Below, piece after piece: positions 36,239 through 44,465 of a DNA stretch of 50,354 bases; position 1 is the first letter of the stretch; each line of letters opens with the position of its first letter. The position numbers were made by a program, and so were the translations under genes. The notes under the pieces were generated by a model. That model was not told the origin of the DNA. It searched no databases and saw nothing but the letters and a program-made list of their open reading frames with translations. Source of the DNA: an uncultured Bacilli bacterium (GTDB lineage: Bacteria > Bacillota_I > Bacilli_A > RF39 > UBA660); NCBI GenBank assembly GCA_947627435.1, contig CANQWB010000005.1, forward strand, positions 1-50,354. The letters are read 5' to 3'.

Positions 36239-37298
36239 AAAAACCATTTCATTCCCACATATGGGTAACTATAGTATTCCTGTTTCCTATTTATTACAAC
36301 ATATCGTAAATGCTAATGTCATGGTTGCGCCCAAAATTACAGCAAGGACAATCGAATTGGGAACTAAATACAGTCCAGAATTTGTTTGTACACCTTTTAA
36401 ATATACATTAGGTACTTTTATCGAAGCCCTTGATTTAAAAGCGGATGTTTTAATCCAAGCGGGTGGAGGTTGTCGATATGGTTATTATAGTGAACTTCAA
36501 AACCAAATTTTAGAAGATTTAGGATATCAATTTACATATATTAACCTAGTCAGTCAAGGCAAGACGGATATTAAAAAAATATATCATGAATTTAAAAAAA
36601 TCGATCCTAAATTTCATATTGGAAGAGCGTTATATTATTTATTCATTACTTCTAAGATGGTGAAATATATGGATAGAGTAGATAATTATATTCGAGAAAA
36701 TATTGGCTTTGAAGTACAATCAGGATCTTTTGAATCTGAAAATCAAAAGATGTTACAAGCATTTTCCAAAACCAAAGGGGTATTTTCTTTATATCGTATG
36801 TATCGTAAGCATTTTAAAAAAATCAAACAAATTTCTATTCAAAAGCCAGATCACTGTTTAAAAATTGGTGTCATTGGAGAACTGTATACGTTAATGGAAC
36901 CATTTGCCAATTATAACTTAGAAATGACATTAGCGCATTATGGAATTGAAGTAAAACGATATACGAATGCACATTATCTTTTATTTGAAAAGAAAAAAGA
37001 AGTAAAAAAATATCTGAAGTATGCAAAGGAATATATTCAATATAGAATGGGTGCCGATGCAGCAGATAACATTGGTAGAACCAAATACTTGTGTACGCAT
37101 GGCTATGATGGCATTATTCATATTAAATCCTCTTTTTGTACTCCAGAGATTGGAGCGATGCCAATTATCAGTAAAATATGTAATGCGTATGATGTGCCAG
37201 TTATATTCTTTTCTTTTGATGCCAATACTTCACAAGTAGGAATTGAAACTAGACTGGAAGCATTTTATGACATGATAGAAATGAGGCGAAAAAAATGA
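36231..37298 (+). CDS. 2-hydroxyacyl-CoA dehydratase (HgdB/D-component)-like subunit
   Basis: Contains FPHMGNYSIPVSYLL...SPEFVCTPFKYTLGTFIEAL...QAGGGCRYGYY...SFCTPEIG. Translationally coupled on both sides. Confidence 0.55.
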   Translation: MSKKTISFPHMGNYSIPVSYLLQHIVNANVMVAPKITARTIELGTKYSPEFVCTPFKYTLGTFIEALDLKADVLIQAGGGCRYGYYSELQNQILEDLGYQFTYINLVSQGKTDIKKIYHEFKKIDPKFHIGRALYYLFITSKMVKYMDRVDNYIRENIGFEVQSGSFESENQKMLQAFSKTKGVFSLYRMYRKHFKKIKQISIQKPDHCLKIGVIGELYTLMEPFANYNLEMTLAHYGIEVKRYTNAHYLLFEKKKEVKKYLKYAKEYIQYRMGADAADNIGRTKYLCTHGYDGIIHIKSSFCTPEIGAMPIISKICNAYDVPVIFFSFDANTSQVGIETRLEAFYDMIEMRRKK

Positions 37299-38230
37299 AA
37301 CCATGTTATTTAGGAATTGATATTGGATCTATTTCCACCAAAGGCGTTATCATCGATGAACACCATGAAATTATTCGTTCTTTGTATTTGTGGACGGAAG
37401 GAAATCCAATTGATGCTGTTAAAAGACTATTAAAAGGATTAAAAAGTGATTTACCAGATTGTTATGAAATCAAAGGGATTGGAACAACAGGAAGTGCACG
37501 AAAATTAATTGGTCTTATGGTAGATGCCAATATTGTAAAAAATGAAATTACTGCACATGCTGTAGGAACATTGTCTTATTATCCAGATGTTCGTACCATC
37601 TTAGAAATAGGTGGACAAGATTCTAAAATTATTTTAATTGACAACGGCATTATTACAGATTATTCGATGAATACTTTGTGTGCAGCTGGTACTGGTTCTT
37701 TTTTGTCCAGTCAAGCCAAGCGTTTAGGAATTCCGATTGAAGAATTTGGAGAACTTGCTTTACAAAGTGAAAATCCCGTTAAAATTGCTGCACGTTGTAC
37801 AGTGTTTGCAGAATCGGATTTAATTCATAAAGCACAGCTTGGGTATGAAAAACAGGATATTGTCGCTGGATTATGTAAAAGTATCGTCTTAAATTATTTA
37901 AACAATGTTGGAAAAGGAAAAAAATTAAAAGGCCCTATTGTCTTTCAAGGTGGCGTAAGTAAAAATAAAGGGGTTGTCAAATATTTTGAAGAAGTACTAC
38001 ATGAAAAAGTAATTGTGGATAAGAATAGTCATTTGATGGGAGCGATTGGAATTGCTATTTTAGCACATAATCATCAAAGTGGTAAGACATACTCTTTCAA
38101 TATTCAAGATATTTCTTTTGAAACCAAAGGACAGGAATGTAATAGATGTAGTAATCATTGTGAGTTACTCAAAATTTATAAAGATGAGAAGTTAGTGGAT
38201 TCTTGGGGGAGTAAATGTGGTAAGTATTAA
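37295..38230 (+). CDS. BadF/BadG/BcrA/BcrD (HgdC-type) ATPase, CoA-substrate-specific enzyme activase
   Basis: Contains YLGIDIGSISTKGVII, GTTGSARKL, EITAHAVG, LEIGGQDSKII, CAAGTGSFL and RCTVFAESD. There is an extra C-terminal Cys cluster (CNRCSNHC). Confidence 0.85.
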   Translation: MKPCYLGIDIGSISTKGVIIDEHHEIIRSLYLWTEGNPIDAVKRLLKGLKSDLPDCYEIKGIGTTGSARKLIGLMVDANIVKNEITAHAVGTLSYYPDVRTILEIGGQDSKIILIDNGIITDYSMNTLCAAGTGSFLSSQAKRLGIPIEEFGELALQSENPVKIAARCTVFAESDLIHKAQLGYEKQDIVAGLCKSIVLNYLNNVGKGKKLKGPIVFQGGVSKNKGVVKYFEEVLHEKVIVDKNSHLMGAIGIAILAHNHQSGKTYSFNIQDISFETKGQECNRCSNHCELLKIYKDEKLVDSWGSKCGKY

Positions 38231-38289
38231 ATAATTGACATTTTAAATGGAATAGTGTATAAATGTATTGATTAAAAGGAAGTGGCATA

Positions 38290-40317
38290 ATGGCAAAAAA
38301 ATTAGTGATTGTGGAGTCCCCTGCAAAGGTAAAACCAATTGGAAAATATTTAGGTAGTGATTATTTAGTAGCTTCTTCAAAAGGACATATTCGTGATTTA
38401 TCTACGAAAGGGAAATATGGACTTGGAGTGGATATTGAAAATCATTTTCAACCAAATTATGTAACAATTAAAGGGAAAAAGAATGTTATTGATGAACTCA
38501 AAAAAGATGTGAAAAAAACCGATTTTGTTTATCTTGCAACCGACCCAGACCGTGAAGGAGAAGCAATCAGTTGGCATTTGTATGATGTGTTGGGACTCAA
38601 TGAAACCAATTCGGAACGTATTGTCTTTAATGAAATTACCAAAAATGCTGTCTTGGAATCTATCAAACATGCACGAAAAATTGATCAGAATTTAGTCAAT
38701 TCTCAAGAAACAAGAAGAATTTTAGATCGTATTATTGGTTTTCGTTTGAGCCGATTGATGCAATCAAAAACTAGTGGTTCTAGTGCAGGACGTGTTCAAA
38801 GTGTTGCTTTAAAATTGATTGTAGATCGTGAACGTGAAATTGAAGCATTTGTCAAAGAAGAATATTGGACTGTAACAGCCCATTTTGCCGAGATGGATGC
38901 TGAACTATATGAATACAATCATAAAAAATTGGAAATTAAAGATGAAGTTGCATGTAATGAGATTTTAAACCACTTAAGCAATGCTTTTCAAATAGAAAGT
39001 GTAGAAAAAAAAGAAAAAGAAAAAAATAGTCCAACTCCTTTTACAACGAGTACTTTACAACAAGTGGCATCTTCCAAATTGGGTATGCGTGCCAAAAAAA
39101 CGATGTCTATTGCCCAAAAATTATATGAAGGAATTGAATTAGGAGATGAAACAGTCGGTTTAATCACTTATATGCGTACTGATTCCATTCGTCTTTCTAA
39201 TGATTTTATTCAAGATACATTCCATTATATTGAAAGTAAATATGGAAAAGAATATATTGGTGTAGTCAAGAAAAGTAAAAAAACAGAAAATGTTCAAGAT
39301 GCTCATGAAGCCATTCGTCCAACTAGCATTGAAAGAACACCAGAAAGTGTAAGGTCTTATTTATCAGACGAAGAATATAAATTATATCGTTTAATCTATT
39401 ATCGTGCATTGGCTTGTTTAATGCATCCTGCTAAAACCAATAATACAACAGTTGTTTTAGACAATAATAATTATCAATTTAAAGCAACCGGTCAAGTAAT
39501 TGTTTTTGATGGATATTTAAGAGTATATGCAGATTATGAAGATACGACAGAATCGATACTTCCGCCACTGGATTCTTATCAATCTAATGTACTAGTATCC
39601 AATTCTATTGAAAAAGAACAACACTTTACTCAACCACCTGCTCGTTATACTGAAGCAAAATTAGTACGTGCCATGGAAGAGTTAGGCATTGGACGCCCTA
39701 GTACTTATGCCAAAACCATGGATACAATTCAATCTAGAGGATATGCAAATTTGGTGGACAAAAAATTTGTTCCTACTGAAATTGGCATAGAGGTAACCGA
39801 TAAATTACAAGAACATTTTAGTCATATCATTAATGTAAAGTATACAGCGGATATGGAAACTGATTTAGATAAAATAGCCGAAGGAAAACAAATCTGGTAT
39901 GAAACATTAGAAAAATTCTATCATGATTTTGATCCAGCACTCAAAGATGCATTTGATAAAATGGAGAAAAAAGAACCAGAAAAAACGGGTGAGGATTGTC
40001 CAAATTGTGGGAATCCACTGGTTATTCGCAAAGGAAGATATGGTACTTTTGTTGCTTGTAGTAATTATCCAGAGTGTAAATATGTAAAATCTGAGCCAAA
40101 ACAAGTAATCGAAATTTGTGATTGTCCCAATTGCGATGGAAAAATTGTTGAGAAAAAAAGTAGAAAAGGAAAAATATTCTATGGTTGCGATCATTACCCA
40201 GATTGTAAAATAGCTTATTGGGATAGACCTACAGGGGAAACATGTCCAGAATGTGGTAATATGTTAACCGAGAAAAAAAATAAAATCAAATGTAGTAGTT
40301 GTGACTATGAAAAATAG
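38290..40317 (+). CDS. topA: DNA topoisomerase I
   Basis: TOPRIM (LVIVESPAKVK, ATDPDREGE), active-site region (ITYMRTDS) and three C-terminal Cys4 zinc ribbons. Confidence 0.96.
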   Translation: MAKKLVIVESPAKVKPIGKYLGSDYLVASSKGHIRDLSTKGKYGLGVDIENHFQPNYVTIKGKKNVIDELKKDVKKTDFVYLATDPDREGEAISWHLYDVLGLNETNSERIVFNEITKNAVLESIKHARKIDQNLVNSQETRRILDRIIGFRLSRLMQSKTSGSSAGRVQSVALKLIVDREREIEAFVKEEYWTVTAHFAEMDAELYEYNHKKLEIKDEVACNEILNHLSNAFQIESVEKKEKEKNSPTPFTTSTLQQVASSKLGMRAKKTMSIAQKLYEGIELGDETVGLITYMRTDSIRLSNDFIQDTFHYIESKYGKEYIGVVKKSKKTENVQDAHEAIRPTSIERTPESVRSYLSDEEYKLYRLIYYRALACLMHPAKTNNTTVVLDNNNYQFKATGQVIVFDGYLRVYADYEDTTESILPPLDSYQSNVLVSNSIEKEQHFTQPPARYTEAKLVRAMEELGIGRPSTYAKTMDTIQSRGYANLVDKKFVPTEIGIEVTDKLQEHFSHIINVKYTADMETDLDKIAEGKQIWYETLEKFYHDFDPALKDAFDKMEKKEPEKTGEDCPNCGNPLVIRKGRYGTFVACSNYPECKYVKSEPKQVIEICDCPNCDGKIVEKKSRKGKIFYGCDHYPDCKIAYWDRPTGETCPECGNMLTEKKNKIKCSSCDYEK

Positions 40318-40365
40318 TCACTTTTTTATTTCAAAAATTATGATATAATAAATATAGGTGATTGT

Positions 40366-41160
40366 ATGGCAAGGTATTGTTTGAATATACAGGATGGTTA
40401 TTCCAATCATTTTTATGTACCTATGGGACGTGGTAAGGAACTGGCACGTGAAAAAGCAGAGTTGTATGAAATTGATTTAATTACAACGACTTTAGGAGAA
40501 AATGATTTTATTGACAAGTTAAAGGAATTACATATTGCACCTATGCAATTTGATTGGAACTTCGTAGAAGGTTCTGTGCAATATATAGTCAATCAAGAGG
40601 TTCACTGTTTACCACTGATATTTGAACGAGATCCTTTATTATTAAAAATAATTCAAGTGCATAATAAATATCGTTATCATTTGGGTATGAGTGAAGCACA
40701 ACTTATCCATAAGATTACAGAACCAGGAGCACAATTGCCATATGATTTAATTGATATGTTACATTCTATTATCCACTATCGTGATGATATATTACAATTG
40801 GTATCTCAAAATAAAGAACTTTTGAATGATCCAAATTTATCTAAAAAATTAAAAGAACTCATATATGTATGGATGCAATGTAATACTTATGATGAAAAAA
40901 GAGAATACGAACATGATCTTTTGAGGCAGATGTTATCTTATATTAATTTACGTAGATTAAAAGCCATGGAATATGGGATTCATATGTATCAAGCGATTGT
41001 AGATATACCACAAGTATCAAAAAATAATCTAACCCAACCATATGGTTTTCCAGAAAAGGATGATTCCGTTGATCCAGATGAATATGCTTTTTTAACAGAA
41101 GAAGAGTTAGCTCAAATGTATGGTGAAGTAGAAGAGGATGAAAAATCACATGGAAGATAA
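40366..41160 (+). CDS. Hypothetical protein (264 aa, acidic C-terminus)
   Basis: Good RBS (AGGTGA). No motif recognised by eye. Confidence 0.5.
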   Translation: MARYCLNIQDGYSNHFYVPMGRGKELAREKAELYEIDLITTTLGENDFIDKLKELHIAPMQFDWNFVEGSVQYIVNQEVHCLPLIFERDPLLLKIIQVHNKYRYHLGMSEAQLIHKITEPGAQLPYDLIDMLHSIIHYRDDILQLVSQNKELLNDPNLSKKLKELIYVWMQCNTYDEKREYEHDLLRQMLSYINLRRLKAMEYGIHMYQAIVDIPQVSKNNLTQPYGFPEKDDSVDPDEYAFLTEEELAQMYGEVEEDEKSHGR

Positions 41161-42043
41161 ATATTTACATTTATTTTTAGATTTTTTGCAACGAAAGAAT
41201 CAGTCTAATTATACTCTGATATCTTACCGAAATGATTTAATCCATTTCTTCCATTTTTTAAATACAGAATCTATAGCATTAAAAAATACTGATTACAAAG
41301 TTATTCGTAATTATTTGGCTTATTTATATTCAAAAAATTATTCGAAACGTACGATTGCAAGACATATTAGTTGTTTACGTAGTTTTTATAAATATTTAAT
41401 GCAAGAACATATCATTTCTAAAAATCCTATGAAATTAATATCCAATCCTAAATTGGATCATACTTTACCTAAATTTTTATATTTTCAGGAATTGGAATCA
41501 TTATTATCCATTCCAGATCAAAGTACACCATTTGGATTGCGTGATGCAGTTATTTTAGAATTATTATATTCTACAGGTGTTCGTGTGAGTGAACTTGTAT
41601 GTATCCAGATAAAAGATATTGATTTTTATGATAAAAAAATAAAGGTATTTGGAAAAGGCAGTAAAGAACGATATGTTTTGTATGGTACTCAATTACAAGT
41701 ATTACTCCAAAAATATCTTTCAGGTTCAAGAAATGAATTGTTGAAAGGAAAACAACATGATTTTCTTTTTCCCAATCATTTAGGGAATCCTCTTACGACT
41801 GCGGGTATTCGTACTATTTTAAATAAAGTGATACAACAAGGTGCTTTAAAGTTTCATATTAGCCCCCATGTACTTAGACATACTTTTGCGACACATATGT
41901 TAGATGAAGGCGCAGATTTAAAAAGTGTGCAAGAGTTGTTAGGCCACGAAAATTTATCGACAACACAAATTTATACGCATGTATCCAATGAACATTTAAG
42001 ACAAGTGTATTTGAGTGCTCATCCTAGAGCAAATCATAAATAA
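41138..42043 (+). CDS. xerC: Tyrosine recombinase XerC/XerD family (CodV-like)
   Basis: N-terminal SAM-like domain. The catalytic region reads GVRVSEL...HVLRHTFATHML..GADLKSVQELLGHENLSTTQIYTHV. The start is ambiguous (ATG 41138 or 41150). Confidence 0.85.
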   Translation: MKNHMEDKYLHLFLDFLQRKNQSNYTLISYRNDLIHFFHFLNTESIALKNTDYKVIRNYLAYLYSKNYSKRTIARHISCLRSFYKYLMQEHIISKNPMKLISNPKLDHTLPKFLYFQELESLLSIPDQSTPFGLRDAVILELLYSTGVRVSELVCIQIKDIDFYDKKIKVFGKGSKERYVLYGTQLQVLLQKYLSGSRNELLKGKQHDFLFPNHLGNPLTTAGIRTILNKVIQQGALKFHISPHVLRHTFATHMLDEGADLKSVQELLGHENLSTTQIYTHVSNEHLRQVYLSAHPRANHK

Positions 42044-42165
42044 TTATGTAAAGTATAGAGGATTATTGTTGCAAATAAAGAATAAATATGATAATATGAA
42101 AATGTCAAATAAAATCATAGAATAGTTTACGGATGCATAAGATTTCAAGTATGCTATTTGTAAAC

Positions 42166-42175
42166 GGGGGGGGGG
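42166..42175 (+). repeat. Homopolymeric G10 tract (followed by TAACCCTC and T6)
   Basis: Counted directly. Confidence 0.95.
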
Positions 42176-42190
42176 TAACCCTCTTTTTTA

Positions 42191-42233
42191 TTGTCTTGAA
42201 AAGAAAAATAAAATATAGTACACTGATAGTGTA
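42191..42233 (+). promoter_or_regulatory. Promoter plus inverted-repeat operator of modular pilin gene 2
   Basis: TTGTCT (42191..42196), 17 nt, TATAGT (42214..42219). Inverted repeat TACACT-GAT-AGTGTA at 42219..42233. Confidence 0.55.
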
Positions 42234-42286
42234 TATAAGAATAAAAGAATGAGAAAAGTATCAAAATAGGAGTAGGAGTGATGTAT

Positions 42287-44041
42287 ATGAAGAAAAAAGG
42301 ATTTACACTAATTGAATTATTGGCGGTAATCGTAATACTAGCAATAGTTGCATTAATTGCAACCCCAATGATTATGGGAGTGATTGAGAAAGCCAGAAAA
42401 GGAGCTGCAATACAATCTGTCAATGGACTTTTAGAAGCGGCAGAACAATATCAAATAGAGATGATGCTAGAAAAAAATCCAACAAATACGATAGATTTAA
42501 CAAGTAATACCTTAAATGTAAAGGGAGGTAAACCAACAAGTGGAATGTTGATAATTGATACATTAGGAAATATGAGTATTATAGCAAAATATGGAAATTA
42601 TTGTATTGAAAAGAAATTTGATGAGATAAGCCCACAAATAGTTGAAAAAGAAGAATGTACAATGGAGAAAAGTGAATTAGAAAGTGCAATTAATTATAAA
42701 GAGGCTATTTTAAATGGAGCATATCCAGAATTGAAAGGTAATTTAATACCAGTAACTATAGATAGTGATGGAATAGTAAAAAAGGCAGATTTAAAAACAG
42801 TATGGTACTCATATGAGAAAAAACAATGGGCCAATGCGGTGATACTAAAAAGTGGAGAAACAATAGGAGAAGATGGGATAATATCAGAAGAAAAGATACA
42901 ACAATATTATGTATGGATCCCAAGATATAGATATCAATTATGGAATGTAAATAGTGAAAGAAAATATCCAAATGGAACAGAGGAACCAAGTGCTATACAA
43001 ATTGTATTTGAAGGAAAAAATACAGAAGTATCTAATGGTGATGCGAATGGAGAATGGTTAACACATCCAGCATTTACTTCATTTGATACCAATGGAATAT
43101 GGGTAGGAAAATTTGAAATTAGTTATGATGAAAATACATTTACAAATTCAACTACATTTTTAACAAGTAATCCTAATACTACAGTAGCAACAGACTCATC
43201 AAAAATATTAATTAAACCAAATGTAAGAAGTTTAACGAATAAATCAGTTAGTGAATTTTATACTTTAACAAAAGAAATGAATAGTGCATTAAATAGTCAT
43301 ATGATAAAAAATATGGAATGGGGAGCGATAGCATATTTAACTTATTCTAACTATGGAAAATGTACCAATACTTCTTGTGAGGAAGTATACATTAATAATG
43401 TAAATACTGGATATTACAAATCTTCTCCAACATTTTCCGGACAATGGTCTTATGGACCAACTGTAACAGGTTGTAGTGCTACAAGCACAAGCGAAGATGT
43501 AGCATATAACTTAAGTAGTTGTGCATCAGGATATGCATGGAATGACGTATCTAACAAAGCCAGTACAACTGGAAATATTACTGGTATTTATGACATGTCA
43601 GGTGGTTCTTATGAATTCTTTATGAGTGTATTAGCAGATAACAATAATAAGCCAATGAGTGGTACATCTGAAACACAAAACTCTGGTTTTAATGGAACTT
43701 ATGGTGATGGAAGTGGAATTCAAACAAAAGGTATTGATTTTCCTTTAGATGTTAGATACTATGATGTGTATAAAGGAAATGGAAAAATGAATGATGATAC
43801 ATGGTGGGATCATTATCAAAGCTCATATTTAGGAGATGCGGTTAAAGAAATGGTGGATGCAACCAATTATAGTTCTAGATTGTGGTTTAATGATGCAAAT
43901 TATTTTATTGTATCTAGTAAACCATGGTTACTTCGTGGCGGTGGTTATGATAGTTACACTGGTGGGGGTATCTTATATATGCAAAGAGATCAAGGACACT
44001 TACGTACGCATGTTTCTACTCGTGTTATACTTTCATTTTAA
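42287..44041 (+). CDS. Modular type IV pilin-like protein 2: same pilin module, different FGE-sulfatase / C-type-lectin-like C-terminal module
   Basis: The N-terminus MKKKGFTLIELLAVIVILAIVALIATP... is conserved with 9536..11059 for about 130 aa. The C-terminal module has HPAFT...GIWVGKFE, NMEWGAIAYL, GIYDMSGGSYEF (compare GxYDMSGNVWEW of SUMF1/FGE domains) and LLRGGGY...STRVIL. The start was set at ATG 42287. Confidence 0.7.
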   Translation: MKKKGFTLIELLAVIVILAIVALIATPMIMGVIEKARKGAAIQSVNGLLEAAEQYQIEMMLEKNPTNTIDLTSNTLNVKGGKPTSGMLIIDTLGNMSIIAKYGNYCIEKKFDEISPQIVEKEECTMEKSELESAINYKEAILNGAYPELKGNLIPVTIDSDGIVKKADLKTVWYSYEKKQWANAVILKSGETIGEDGIISEEKIQQYYVWIPRYRYQLWNVNSERKYPNGTEEPSAIQIVFEGKNTEVSNGDANGEWLTHPAFTSFDTNGIWVGKFEISYDENTFTNSTTFLTSNPNTTVATDSSKILIKPNVRSLTNKSVSEFYTLTKEMNSALNSHMIKNMEWGAIAYLTYSNYGKCTNTSCEEVYINNVNTGYYKSSPTFSGQWSYGPTVTGCSATSTSEDVAYNLSSCASGYAWNDVSNKASTTGNITGIYDMSGGSYEFFMSVLADNNNKPMSGTSETQNSGFNGTYGDGSGIQTKGIDFPLDVRYYDVYKGNGKMNDDTWWDHYQSSYLGDAVKEMVDATNYSSRLWFNDANYFIVSSKPWLLRGGGYDSYTGGGILYMQRDQGHLRTHVSTRVILSF

Positions 44042-44361
44042 TATTTTCGATATAAATTAAATATTATATTATATGATAATGCTAAAATATTTCAAAAAGC
44101 GACATAGTTGAAATTTCTTGCAACAGATTAAAAATGATAACATTCAAATTTTCTAATTGCAAATGGGTTACTTTTTATGCATAGAAGTAGAATAGACAAA
44201 TAAATGTAAAAATACCTATATAACTAAGTATTCTTGGCTGAGGTCAGATAATAAAATTACTTTTGTCGTCGATGAAAATTATAGTCACAGTTCTTGACTT
44301 AGTTTCTAGGAACTCATAATTAACTTGAGGTGTGACGCTCGTCTCATTAAATATAAATAAT

Positions 44362-44392
44362 AATAGTCAAGTAAATGACTATTTTCTTTTTT
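44362..44392 (+). terminator. Orphan intrinsic terminator about 320 nt downstream of pilin gene 2
   Basis: Stem AATAGTCA/TGACTATT with loop AGTAAA, followed by TTCTTTTTT. Confidence 0.55.
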
Positions 44393-44407
44393 AAATAAAA
44401 GTTTGTA

Positions 44408-44436
44408 TTGAATAAAGTAAATTGGTTTGTTATAAT
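44408..44436 (+). promoter_or_regulatory. ppdK promoter
   Basis: TTGAAT, 17 nt, TATAAT with a TGt extended -10. Confidence 0.55.
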
Positions 44437-44465
44437 GTTAATGCTAGACTAAAGGAGGATATAAT

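Larger units (their letters stand above)
42054..42677 (+). repeat. Dispersed repeat copy 2 (partner of 9296..9925)
   Basis: See copy 1. It starts immediately after the xerC stop. Confidence 0.9.

Noticed and set aside
37021-37239. 72-aa plus-strand ORF inside 36231..37298
   Set aside because: It is out of frame and internal to a well-supported CDS, and has no RBS.
42154-42423. 89-aa minus-strand ORF across the pilin-2 leader and N-terminus
   Set aside because: It is antisense to a conserved promoter/5'UTR/pilin signal sequence, and its hydrophobicity mirrors the pilin helix.
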